Assembly (NCBI GenBank): GCA_949373095.1
Contig: CASIBY010000003.1
Location: 45,631-109,630, forward strand
Reading direction: 5' to 3'
Length of the DNA stretch: 64,000 nucleotides
Source: Candidatus Poseidoniaceae archaeon
Lineage (GTDB): Archaea > Thermoplasmatota > Poseidoniia > Poseidoniales > Poseidoniaceae
The stretch's first letter is position 1; each line of letters begins with the position of its first letter. Positions 36,944 through 46,281 of the stretch are shown here, piece after piece. Both the position numbers and the translations under genes were made by a program. The notes below the pieces were generated by a model. It did no database searches. It saw nothing but the letters and a program-made list of their open reading frames with translations, and had not been told where the DNA came from.

Positions 36944-37237
36944 TCAATCGAACTTCATGACGTTGCCACATTCCGGATAGCTGCAGGTCACGCTGTATTT
37001 CGAACGTTTTGGCTTAGGAATTTTGAGCATAGAACCGCATGATTCGCATTGAACTTTGAGTGTCTCTAGTGCTTTGGGTGCTGTTGGTTCGTTCAACGTT
37101 CGACCAACATCTTGTGACCATCCAAGTGAATCTGTGTACTTGTTCGAGGAAACATCCAGTTTCTTCTGTTTGAGTGAAAGACGCATCTTGCGCTTTCGCT
37201 TGCCTTTCTTTTTTCCTGGTGGTGTCTTTGCCGCCAT
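36944..37237 (-). CDS. Small Lys-rich zinc-ribbon protein, function unknown
   Basis: N-terminus is KTPPGKKKGKRKRKMRLSLKQKK. The C-terminal ribbon is CESCG...x17...CSYPECG. Its stop at 36944-36946 lies 1 nt before the tupA ATG at 36942-36940. Confidence 0.55.
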   Translation of the reverse strand: MAAKTPPGKKKGKRKRKMRLSLKQKKLDVSSNKYTDSLGWSQDVGRTLNEPTAPKALETLKVQCESCGSMLKIPKPKRSKYSVTCSYPECGNVMKFD

Positions 37238-37290
37238 GGGTATCGTGTAGCGCTAGGCGTTGATGTATTCAATGACTTCGGCTTAATCCT

Positions 37291-38604
37291 TCAAAGAATG
37301 TGGCCTGAAACCCCGTTAACTGGTTCATGAACGGTATGGCCTTGTGCTTCCAATGCTTCTACGAGAGGAGGACGAGCGTGGTTTGGGTCTGTATGGTAAA
37401 CGACAACGTGTTTTGCTTCACAAGCTTTAGCGAAGTCAAGAATTTCTTTATGTCCTGCATGGGTAGAGAACGAGAATTGTTTCCATTCAAGGTCTATTTC
37501 AGCTGGTTTCCCATAAATATCGAGACGTCCTGAATCCATGAGTGAGCGCCCTCCCGTATCTTTCGCTTGATATCCTGTGAAGAATATTGCATTTCTACGA
37601 TCTTCACGGAGTCGGTTAAGGTACCATAGAGCAGGGCCGCCCGAGAGCATACCTGATGTAGTGACGATGACATTACCGTTCAATGCCTTCTTTTTATCCG
37701 ACTTGCTTCCAACGCGCTTTACCCATCTCCAAGCTTGTTCTAATTCGCTGGAATCTCGCAGGAATCCACTGTGTTCAAGATGAATCTTAGCAACGCGTTT
37801 CCCCATACCATCGACGTGGACATCAAGATGTGGGAGGTGTCGATGGAGTAACATGACTACATCCTGAGTGCGCCCATTTGCAAAAGCTGGAATGAGAACC
37901 GTTCCTCCTCGTTTAACTACTTCTGCAACCGAAGTAATGAACCGTTCAACTTCGACGGCGGTTTCAGGGTGATCTCGTCCGCCGTATGTTCCTTCAACAA
38001 ACAAAATATCTGTTTTAATTGGTTCTGCACCTTTAACAAGAGGTGAATCGCGTGTATCAAAGTCACCTGTGAGAAGTACACGGTGTTTTGGAGTTTCAAT
38101 CTCAAGCATGGCCGCACCTGGAATATGACCTGCTCTTCGCAAGGTAAGCGTCCAGGAGTGATGTTTCCAGGGCTGGTCAAACTCATGGACGTGCCATGAT
38201 GCAAGAGCTGTGTCAATATCCCGCTTATCCCATGCAAGTGGATATCGTTCAATGGAACTCACTTTGTAGCAATCTCTCCACATCATGTCAGAAATATGTG
38301 CAGTTAGAGGAGTCCCGTGAAGGCGGGTTTGATGATTCGCACACAGCCATGGCGCCATACCGAGATGGTCAATATGGGAATGGGTAATGACAGCGTCATG
38401 AACTAATGGAGCCTCAGATGGATAACGTGGAGGTGATGTTGGAGCTAGACCATAATCGAGCAACAAACGAACTCCATCAGGATCCTCCATCACGATTCCA
38501 ACATTCCCAACCTCATCTCCGCCACCGAGATAGTGGAAGCGGAATCCTTCCTTAGGAGGTTCTTCGGGATATGTTGATGTTCGCCCTGCAGAATAGAAGA
38601 CCAT
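37291..38604 (-). CDS. Metallo-beta-lactamase / beta-CASP family RNase (aCPSF2-like)
   Basis: HSHIDHLG (the HxHxDH motif), the beta-CASP arrangement, and a C-terminal HTDP/His motif. Length is 437 aa. Confidence 0.8.
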   Translation of the reverse strand: MVFYSAGRTSTYPEEPPKEGFRFHYLGGGDEVGNVGIVMEDPDGVRLLLDYGLAPTSPPRYPSEAPLVHDAVITHSHIDHLGMAPWLCANHQTRLHGTPLTAHISDMMWRDCYKVSSIERYPLAWDKRDIDTALASWHVHEFDQPWKHHSWTLTLRRAGHIPGAAMLEIETPKHRVLLTGDFDTRDSPLVKGAEPIKTDILFVEGTYGGRDHPETAVEVERFITSVAEVVKRGGTVLIPAFANGRTQDVVMLLHRHLPHLDVHVDGMGKRVAKIHLEHSGFLRDSSELEQAWRWVKRVGSKSDKKKALNGNVIVTTSGMLSGGPALWYLNRLREDRRNAIFFTGYQAKDTGGRSLMDSGRLDIYGKPAEIDLEWKQFSFSTHAGHKEILDFAKACEAKHVVVYHTDPNHARPPLVEALEAQGHTVHEPVNGVSGHIL

Positions 38605-38924
38605 GGTTAAGGCTCGGGGTCATTTTTGAAGAAGGTGTGGGTAGACACCCCTCAATTTCCACTGGAGCATATTTCTTCCTTCCTATGATATTTTTTTCAT
38701 ATCTTTTTACCACTATGTTGATTAACTTCTCGCGCTCAATTACAACGGGTTTTCTTCGTATTCGATTTCTCTCTTCTCTTTCTTCGTATTCGTCTGGTAT
38801 CAGAGATTCTCTCCAATGGAAATAGGGGGGTGGAGATACATTCCCCTCTTTTCAGCGATAATAATCCATTTTGATAACCACTGCGGTGCGAAGAGTCCTT
38901 CAATTACCGTCTCTTCCACATGTC

Positions 38925-39128
38925 ATGGGACGGGAGGCTAACAAGGAATTCGTCGTCCGAGAGGATCGGTGTTTCGGGTGCGGCGCATGTATTGCATTAT
39001 GTCCAGTGAACGTTCTTACCCTTGACCAACGGATGATCTATGTCGATGAACCAAATTGTACTCACTGTCAACTTTGTATCCCTTCATGTCCTGTATTTGC
39101 TTTAGAACTTCAACCCGTAGCTGATTAA
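38925..39128 (+). CDS. 2x[4Fe-4S] ferredoxin
   Basis: Two clusters, CFGCGACIALCP and CTHCQLCIPSCP. I use the ATG at 38925 (MGREANKEF); the track ORF starts at a TTG at 38871. Confidence 0.8.
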   Translation: MGREANKEFVVREDRCFGCGACIALCPVNVLTLDQRMIYVDEPNCTHCQLCIPSCPVFALELQPVAD

Positions 39129-39129
39129 T

Positions 39130-39867
39130 ATGAAGATTGGAATCGTAGGCGGTAGCCTTCAGGGAATCCTACTTTCAATTCAACTCGCCTCTAACCATGA
39201 GATTACGGTTTTCGAACTGGATGCAGAAATTGGAACGCCAGCGTGGCATCCAGGCTATATTGTAAATCCGGATTTACTCAACATGTTCTTGACAAAAGAA
39301 CAGCGCTCTTTTCTCATGCTCAAACAGAACAAAGATGGCTGGGGAATGCGTTGGGAATGGCTCATGAAACATCTTACCATCATTGCAGCGCAACGAGGTG
39401 TATCTCTCAGGACCCGAACTCGGATTCAGCAAACAACCGAAGATGGGGAATACGTCGTTGTTGAAACGTCTTCAAACGAAACTTCCCAACCATCTACGTT
39501 CACTTTGGACCACCTTATCGACGCTCAAACTCCTCATCAAAAACCAGGAGGTCTCAAACACACACTTCAACACAGCCACACAATACAGTATCCCTTTGAA
39601 GAATCGGTTTCCTGGTTTGGGGGCATTCTAAGTGACCAACATCTCCCTCCGACCTTTCCTGTCAGTCCCGAACTTATTCTTCCACGAAGTGACAATTTGA
39701 CAGAACTCTGGTGGAATACCGATAATTACTGGACTCCAAAAGAGGGGTATATTGAAGAAATTAGAATTTTACTACCCGAGGACAAATCAAAGATTTCTTT
39801 TGATGCAATGTATCAAAACACCTCTGATTTTTTACAAAAATTCTATGGAATTGCAAAAAAGGTGTAG
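39130..39867 (+). CDS. Rossmann-like protein resembling the N-terminal half of geranylgeranyl reductase/FAD oxidoreductases, with a degenerate dinucleotide motif
   Basis: MKIGIVGGSLQGILLSIQLA...VFELDAEIGTPAWHPGYI parallels the GGR pattern (VVGaGPaG...E....iG.P..cGegi), but GxGxxG is replaced by GGSLQG. Its start lies 2 nt after the ferredoxin stop. Confidence 0.5.
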   Translation: MKIGIVGGSLQGILLSIQLASNHEITVFELDAEIGTPAWHPGYIVNPDLLNMFLTKEQRSFLMLKQNKDGWGMRWEWLMKHLTIIAAQRGVSLRTRTRIQQTTEDGEYVVVETSSNETSQPSTFTLDHLIDAQTPHQKPGGLKHTLQHSHTIQYPFEESVSWFGGILSDQHLPPTFPVSPELILPRSDNLTELWWNTDNYWTPKEGYIEEIRILLPEDKSKISFDAMYQNTSDFLQKFYGIAKKV

Positions 39868-39946
39868 TTAGCAACACCACTTTCAAAAGGGACGGGCGCG
39901 GCCAGTAGATTTGAAGACGTCCGACGTCTTAGGTGGGGAACTCATT

Positions 39947-41032
39947 ATGGCAGCACATCCAATGGCAGATTTGAGGAAAAAACTTCAAGAAAAAAATCTA
40001 CTTGTTAAGCCAACAGCAAAGTCATGGATCAAGGTCGCAATTCTCCTTGTCGTCGTTGGTGTTTTGTATAGCGCACACATCTATCTTCCACTCAAATTTG
40101 GGCTTCTTCTCATTCCCATTACCGCACTGTTTTCAACAACACTTGCTATGACCGGCCACGAAGGGGTTCACTCCTCTGCATGTCAATCCAAAGCAGGAAA
40201 CACTTCCCTTGCAGCTATTGTCTTCCCTCTTTTTGCCGGCCTCTCTATGGAATATTGGCGAGAAAAGCACAATGTAAAGCACCATGCACACCCGAATGTC
40301 ATCAACAAAGATCCCGACATTCATTCGTGGCCTTTTACCTTCAGTGAAGAGGAATACAAAACCAGCGGCAAAATTCGCCGTTTCTTCCAACGGTATTTGC
40401 AAGGGTGGACCTTTTGGCCAATCTCTCTTCTCGTGGGTCACTTGATGCGATTTGACGGCCTGAAGTACATCGCAACAAAACCTTTCAAATCAAAGAAGAA
40501 GAAGCGGATCACTAAAATTTGGCTTCTCGATACCTCCCTCATCATCCTCCACTTTATTCTCTGGTTGGTCCTTCCTATCGCCTTTGGCCTCTCCTGGCAG
40601 GCAACCATTGGCTTCTATGTTCTTCTATGGGGGCTGGTTGGCACCTGCCTTACAGCAATTTTCATTGTTGGACACGCAGGCCGACCCGTCATCACCGAAT
40701 ACGACCAGAACTGGCGGTTACAGATTGAAACAGCCCGTCGCATTAAGTTTGGACCGATCGGTTCGTTTTTCTTTGTAGGACTTGATTACCAAATTGAACA
40801 TCACCTACTTCCAGCCCTTTCCCACTTCAATCTACCAAAGGCATCACCCTTCGTCAAGGAGTATGCCGAAGAGCGAGGCTGGGAGTATGAAGAGATTGGA
40901 TTTATCCGAGCCCTATGGCGCTCAACAGTTGCCCTTCATACGGCATGGAAGACACCTTCAATCGTTATCGATGCTACAGAGCAAGGCAATGCTAACAAGA
41001 TTGAAGACTTCCTTCAACCCATTGAAGGTTAA
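39947..41032 (+). CDS. Membrane fatty-acid-desaturase-family di-iron enzyme
   Basis: Three His boxes (HEGVHSS, HNVKHHAHPN, QIEHHLLP) in the canonical order with intervening TM helices. The ATG at 39947 is preceded by AGGTGGGG; the track ORF starts at a TTG at 39911. Confidence 0.82.
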   Translation: MAAHPMADLRKKLQEKNLLVKPTAKSWIKVAILLVVVGVLYSAHIYLPLKFGLLLIPITALFSTTLAMTGHEGVHSSACQSKAGNTSLAAIVFPLFAGLSMEYWREKHNVKHHAHPNVINKDPDIHSWPFTFSEEEYKTSGKIRRFFQRYLQGWTFWPISLLVGHLMRFDGLKYIATKPFKSKKKKRITKIWLLDTSLIILHFILWLVLPIAFGLSWQATIGFYVLLWGLVGTCLTAIFIVGHAGRPVITEYDQNWRLQIETARRIKFGPIGSFFFVGLDYQIEHHLLPALSHFNLPKASPFVKEYAEERGWEYEEIGFIRALWRSTVALHTAWKTPSIVIDATEQGNANKIEDFLQPIEG

Positions 41033-41056
41033 TATCTTCAAGGACCACCCTTAGGG

Positions 41057-41827
41057 ATGGATATGTCTACCGAGAAGTTGTATCTCGAAAGCATTGAAGC
41101 AGGTTATTTTCAAAACTTTCATGCAAATGTCGTTCAAGTAACCGATACGTCAGTTATCCTTGACCGGACTCTCTTCTATCCACTTGGTGGAGGTCAGCAT
41201 TGGGATACAGGTACACTTAGCGGGCCAAATGGGACGGTCTCAGTCACAGAAGTTCGTGGACGAACAAACGTGGAGCATACATTAGGCGAAGGCCACCAAT
41301 TGAGTGCAGGAGATGAAGTCCGAGGCTCAATTGATTGGGAAAACCGATATGCCCACATGCGAATGCATACAGCCCAACATCTTGTAAGCGGATTAGTGTA
41401 TGAATTATTCAACGGAGCCCGTACAGTTGGGAATCAAATCCATGCAGATCGGTCAAGAATCGATTTTAACCCCATATCGTTTGATGAAGCAATGTTGAAT
41501 ACCATGACTCAGGCAGTCAATGATAAAATTGACGAAGGCCTTGAAGTCACAGACTCGGTCATGACTCGAAAGGAAATCAACGCCATCATGCCTGCTGAGC
41601 GGACAAATATGGACCTTCTACCAGCGTTTGTAAATGATTTACGGGTCGTTCAAATCGGCGAACAGGTTGACATGTGCCCGTGTGCAGGAACCCATGTTTC
41701 CAATCTGAAGGAAATAGGTCATATCGAGATTCTCGGTAAGAAGTCAAAAGGAAAAGGTACGCAGCGAGTCAGTTACAATCTCAATCTTCCAGAACTAGTC
41801 CGCAAGCCGTTTGTGGAAGAGTGTTGA
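41057..41827 (+). CDS. alaX: Alanyl-tRNA editing protein AlaX (AlaX-M type)
   Basis: The editing-domain zinc motif is HTAQHLVSG plus CPCAGTHV. Length is 256 aa. Confidence 0.82.
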   Translation: MDMSTEKLYLESIEAGYFQNFHANVVQVTDTSVILDRTLFYPLGGGQHWDTGTLSGPNGTVSVTEVRGRTNVEHTLGEGHQLSAGDEVRGSIDWENRYAHMRMHTAQHLVSGLVYELFNGARTVGNQIHADRSRIDFNPISFDEAMLNTMTQAVNDKIDEGLEVTDSVMTRKEINAIMPAERTNMDLLPAFVNDLRVVQIGEQVDMCPCAGTHVSNLKEIGHIEILGKKSKGKGTQRVSYNLNLPELVRKPFVEEC

Positions 41828-42607
41828 TTAAAATTCTAAATCATCATCGACTAATTTTTTAATGTCTTTCAAAGTAGATTTCAATTCATTTCGCTCACTT
41901 TGACGACGTTTGAACTCAATTTCTTCAAAAATTTCTGCCACGCCCTCATCCATCGCCGATGTTTCCGCTGCAGCCTGAACCCGGTCGGTTAGAACTGTAT
42001 CTTCTCCCAAGCGCTCTTCTCGGTTGACTGGTTGAATAGGGACACTAGGAACCGTTCTTGCACCGTAGTTCACATCAACGGTCAACGCATCACTGTCCCA
42101 CGCTTCTTGGCCTAATATACGAGCAACCTCAACTGATGGGGCTCGGTCTTTCCATGGATTTTTATTGCCAATTTGTTGAATGAGGCTTTCCTTATTTGCG
42201 GACTTCTGCTGTGCGAATAAATCTCCAACTTCTTCTGACGTGGGTAGCGGAACCGGCTCTTGTAAACCAGCAGCCAACCGCTGCTGCTCGCGCAAAACAG
42301 TACCGTGGGCCTCATCGTGGTCGTGGCGATGAGGGGCTGCTGCAAAAGCCATAATTTCTTTTGCTAACTGAAAGAGAGGGTCATCAGGAGGGCTTGCAGC
42401 AATTGTTTCCCTCACGTTTCTATGATGATTGATACAAGGCCCACACCGTGCCGCACCCGCATCATCAGGAGCATCACACCATAAGCAGCAAGCTTGGAAC
42501 CCGAGTTCCTTCATCGCTTTGCGTGGCATTGACATGAGAATCGCAATGAGGACGAAACCACTCAACCACATGAACCCTCGGACACGAGGATTCAAAGTGA
42601 ACGACAT
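41828..42607 (-). CDS. Membrane-anchored zinc-ribbon protein, function unknown
   Basis: N-terminal TM (FMWLSGFVLIAILMSM) followed by CCLWCD-x11-CGPC. The remainder is charged and helical. I use the ATG at 42607. Confidence 0.55.
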   Translation of the reverse strand: MSFTLNPRVRGFMWLSGFVLIAILMSMPRKAMKELGFQACCLWCDAPDDAGAARCGPCINHHRNVRETIAASPPDDPLFQLAKEIMAFAAAPHRHDHDEAHGTVLREQQRLAAGLQEPVPLPTSEEVGDLFAQQKSANKESLIQQIGNKNPWKDRAPSVEVARILGQEAWDSDALTVDVNYGARTVPSVPIQPVNREERLGEDTVLTDRVQAAAETSAMDEGVAEIFEEIEFKRRQSERNELKSTLKDIKKLVDDDLEF

Positions 42608-42619
42608 CAAGCAATCAGT

Positions 42620-43600
42620 ATGGGGCGGAGAGATTCACGAGCCGACCTCATTGATGACGACCCCTTTTCTTCCTCTTACAGGGCAAAATCACGGGTTCGC
42701 CACATTCACCAACGTACCGACGAACAAGGAACCATTCATTTTGATACGAAATCTCCAGGAAACCAACTCCCCCCCGCCTTTGCCCAATTCTTTGGTCAAC
42801 AAGCATGGCAACCACCCTCACACCACGCAGGCCCGTTATGGCATTTCAGCAAGGAAGAAAAAGCACATCTCCGTCAAGCGATGGGGGCATTTACACTTGC
42901 ACTTGGTTTCATGTCGGTTGGTGGCATTTCTGGACTCGGCTCTCTCGGACTCACGAAGTGGTCCGTTTACCTTTTACTTTCAATGCCGGTGATGTTTGTA
43001 GCAATTGGACCGGCATTTCTCCTTCACGAAATCGGGCATAAACTCGTCGCAAAGAAGAACGGTTGTTGGGCTGAATTCAGGGCAGACCCAAAAGGGCTCC
43101 AAATGGGCATCTTCCTCGCTCTCCTTCTTGGCTTTCTTTTCATGGCCCCGGGCGCTGTTATGGTAGCTGGCATGGTCACTCGACGCCAAAACGGGCATAT
43201 CGCCGTGGCTGGCCCGTTGACGAACCTCGGTCTCTTCATCATTGGAATTCCATTGTGGGGTGTTGTCCTTGGACTCTCAGGAGCATTCGAAACCCTGCCT
43301 AGAGGAATATCAACACAAGGCCTCGGCCAAGGATATCTGCTTGATGGTAGCCTTGTCTGGCAAGCTATGCTCATTGATGTTGGCGTATATTGGCTCGGTG
43401 CAAACCTCTTCTTAGGATTGTTCAACATGTTGCCGTTTGGACCCCTTGACGGTTTGAAAGTCAAAGATTGGGATGAGAAAGTCTTCTATGTTGTGATTCT
43501 TGTCTTTGCGGTTCCGTTGTTGACAATGTTCCTTGGCTTCTGGACACCCACGGGATTGCTACTAGTTGTAGCAGAACCGGTTTCAAATTTGATCAGATGA
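42620..43600 (+). CDS. Site-2 protease family (M50) intramembrane metalloprotease
   Basis: The HExxH motif sits in a TM helix (FLLHEIGHKLVAKK), and the second motif is LFNMLPFGPLDG. Confidence 0.82.
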   Translation: MGRRDSRADLIDDDPFSSSYRAKSRVRHIHQRTDEQGTIHFDTKSPGNQLPPAFAQFFGQQAWQPPSHHAGPLWHFSKEEKAHLRQAMGAFTLALGFMSVGGISGLGSLGLTKWSVYLLLSMPVMFVAIGPAFLLHEIGHKLVAKKNGCWAEFRADPKGLQMGIFLALLLGFLFMAPGAVMVAGMVTRRQNGHIAVAGPLTNLGLFIIGIPLWGVVLGLSGAFETLPRGISTQGLGQGYLLDGSLVWQAMLIDVGVYWLGANLFLGLFNMLPFGPLDGLKVKDWDEKVFYVVILVFAVPLLTMFLGFWTPTGLLLVVAEPVSNLIR

Positions 43601-43601
43601 A

Positions 43602-45329
43602 TCAAAGGTAAGCGTTGGTAACTGGTTTCTCATCCAAGTGGAAGAAACTGTATGCTGCCCACCATGTGATGATGTCGAGACTATCAACAAGATTTGAGGT
43701 TCCTGAGTGTTCTTCCCCGTACCCCTTCCCAGTTGTATCCATCCAAATTTCCATTTCCTCGAGTGTATCACAGGTTTGGTGGTAACACCAATATCCATCA
43801 ACAAGACCTCCGAACCCCAAAGTTACAGTACCCAGATTCGCTTGGAAACTCGCATGGTCAGAACGAGCAGTAACATCTTCATAGACAACGATTTCCGGTT
43901 TTCCACGGTCCAACCAATCGTCGACCTTCCACGTGTCTTCACCGAAACCTCCGCCAACCAAAATACTCTGTTGTTGTTCTACACCAATGGCGTCAGCACC
44001 GATCCAAAGAGTGAGTCCAACCATCTCTGGCTGATTGATGATATCGTGGTCAAGAGATGGGCCAATGTAAACACGCATTGGCCAAACTTCCTCATCTTTG
44101 GGATATCCATCCGGGTCAATTTCAGTTGCTGGGTCTCCATGAGGAGCCCCACCGCCACCAGGCCAGTTCACTCCAGCCATATCCAAATTGATGTAATTGG
44201 TAACGGTAACGTCAGGATTGTCTTCTTTGACATAATAATCAGTCCAGTAATCACTTCCACGCTTCCCACCTTCTTCACCCGACCAGAAGCAGAACACCAT
44301 TGTTCGGCGGGTATCGAAGTTCGACATCGCTTCAGCGACAGTCAATACCATGCTGGTGCCTGCGGAATTATCGTAGGCCCCCACACCCGTCCCGTAGGTT
44401 CGTGTCCCAGTAAGGTGCGGGTCAGCCAACAACAAATTTGCTGGTGGGGCTACATCAAAGTGAGCTCCAAACACCATCCACTCATTCGGCACCTCACTCC
44501 CGTATCGGAATCCGCAAATGTTGTAGGATTCAGGGTTCTGATTCCCAAAGACGTCCGTAAATTCGAAACGTTGTGTATCAACGGTCAGCCCGAACGATTC
44601 AAGCTTGTCAATAAGGTATACAGCTCCCGCTTCAAAGGCGGTATTTCCTTGTCCAGCCCACCGATTTAGGTACCCAACAGCACCGTCAGTCAAGTCAAGA
44701 GGGTCTGGCGTTTCATCGGTGATGTGGTGGAGATAATTGTATGTGCTTCGTCCGTTTACAAGACCGGTTGAGTGACGTCCACCTTCATCAGAACTGTACG
44801 CGGGAGCGTTTGGCCTCTCTACAATAAGAGTCACGATATTAGCGGGACCACCAGTTGTGGTGCTCGCATTAAACAAACCCGTTCCGTTTCCGGTCCGCTG
44901 TATTGCACCGCCATCAGCCCCTAGGTGTCCGCCGTCAGAAAACCAAGAAGCCCAAGACTCGTTTGCATCACGAATTGGCCAAGAATCACGACCGTATTCT
45001 CCAAGAAGTGCAACAGCAAGGCCGGCTCGCGGTGGAGCAAGGAGTGAAAGTTGTACCGAATCCCCCTTTCTCAAATCTAGAACGGTCGAGTTTGCGACAT
45101 ACCCCGTTTCACTATCAATAACAAGGTAAGGGAGGAATACAGACATATCTGCGCTTGCAGCAACCGTTACCGGTTGAAAGGAACCTCCGACGAGAACCTG
45201 TGGAGTGATGGTAACATCTGAGGCATTGACGAGGCTCTCACTATCATCTTCCCCAAAACATCCAGAGAGTGGCGCAGAAATCATGAGCAGAACCAGAAGG
45301 CATGCTTGGCTGACACGGGTACCCACCAT
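43602..45329 (-). CDS. Secreted M28-family aminopeptidase lipoprotein (paralogue A)
   Basis: Lipobox SAPLSGCFGEDDS. The M28 zinc-ligand blocks are FGAHFDV and MVFCFWSGEEGGKRGSDYW. It is alignable by eye over its whole length with 48738-50336. Confidence 0.8.
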   Translation of the reverse strand: MVGTRVSQACLLVLLMISAPLSGCFGEDDSESLVNASDVTITPQVLVGGSFQPVTVAASADMSVFLPYLVIDSETGYVANSTVLDLRKGDSVQLSLLAPPRAGLAVALLGEYGRDSWPIRDANESWASWFSDGGHLGADGGAIQRTGNGTGLFNASTTTGGPANIVTLIVERPNAPAYSSDEGGRHSTGLVNGRSTYNYLHHITDETPDPLDLTDGAVGYLNRWAGQGNTAFEAGAVYLIDKLESFGLTVDTQRFEFTDVFGNQNPESYNICGFRYGSEVPNEWMVFGAHFDVAPPANLLLADPHLTGTRTYGTGVGAYDNSAGTSMVLTVAEAMSNFDTRRTMVFCFWSGEEGGKRGSDYWTDYYVKEDNPDVTVTNYINLDMAGVNWPGGGGAPHGDPATEIDPDGYPKDEEVWPMRVYIGPSLDHDIINQPEMVGLTLWIGADAIGVEQQQSILVGGGFGEDTWKVDDWLDRGKPEIVVYEDVTARSDHASFQANLGTVTLGFGGLVDGYWCYHQTCDTLEEMEIWMDTTGKGYGEEHSGTSNLVDSLDIITWWAAYSFFHLDEKPVTNAYL

Positions 45330-45540
45330 GACCCTGCGTAACGGTTCACCTTCTCAAGTCCTGCGCTTCTACGGACCGATTCTTTGATAGAGGAACAGGA
45401 CCAATGTATACATGAGAATATGCGAAACAAAAGCAAAGGCACACCGTCTCATCTGAAGATGAAAAATATACGAACCCTGTTTTCAAATCACATTATTGAA
45501 ATCGTAGATGACATACAATGTCCCTTGATCGAGGGATAAA

Positions 45541-46230
45541 TCATTCCTCTTCTAATGAGGCCGGGTATCGTTTTTCCTTATCGTTTTCCTTCCGTTCATT
45601 TTGTATTGAGAGCGCAAGGAAAACAACCCCGAAACCGGCAACAACGGCTGTCAATTTCACCAAATCATTCTGAGAGAAACCATCACCTTCAACGACCCCC
45701 CCATCATCAGAATTTTCCACTGTATCATCACATCCAGCCCCGAAACAATCTCCAGGAGCCGGCCCGCCGTCATCGTGGATGTCCTCAAACAACTGGATTT
45801 CATACGTCCAGTTTGTGGTTGAGTTGTTAACATTCTTCATGACCCAATATTGGTACGAGCCGACCGTTGCATTCAATGGAAACACATAGGTCGCAGAAAC
45901 CTCACATGTTTCATCTACCAACGAGCCGTTTTCGTCCAATTCACAAGATTCAACAATCGTTGATGACATGAAATCCACCGTCGAATTAAGCACGCCGTCA
46001 TCGTTCAAATCAATCCCAATTTGCATGGTAGCATTTTCGGTTTTATCATGCATCTTGAACCATAATGCATTCCCTTGAACGAAAGCAGGGTCAGAAATAT
46101 TTCCAACGACAGCCCCGCCATCATTCAGGATAATTGTGAGAGTCTGCTGCTCATGTGCATGAACGGAGCCGGATGCTAAAATCGTCACCAAAAGAGCGGC
46201 AATCCCAAACCCCATCCACGCTTTGCCCAT
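45541..46230 (-). CDS. Secreted protein with C-terminal TM anchor, function unknown
   Basis: Signal peptide MGKAWMGFGIAALLVTILASGSVHA, several N-x-S/T sequons, and the C-terminal anchor LTAVVAGFGVVFLALSI. I use the ATG at 46230. Confidence 0.6.
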   Translation of the reverse strand: MGKAWMGFGIAALLVTILASGSVHAHEQQTLTIILNDGGAVVGNISDPAFVQGNALWFKMHDKTENATMQIGIDLNDDGVLNSTVDFMSSTIVESCELDENGSLVDETCEVSATYVFPLNATVGSYQYWVMKNVNNSTTNWTYEIQLFEDIHDDGGPAPGDCFGAGCDDTVENSDDGGVVEGDGFSQNDLVKLTAVVAGFGVVFLALSIQNERKENDKEKRYPASLEEE

Positions 46231-46281
46231 ACCCACCGACTCCCGCGGGGTCATAAAGACCAAACGGAGGAACCCGATGAG

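Noticed and set aside
43707-44669. Long (320 aa) plus-strand ORF
   Set aside because: It is antisense to the M28 peptidase gene, whose motifs are unambiguous. It has no recognisable domains. Long antisense ORFs are expected opposite genes with biased codon usage.
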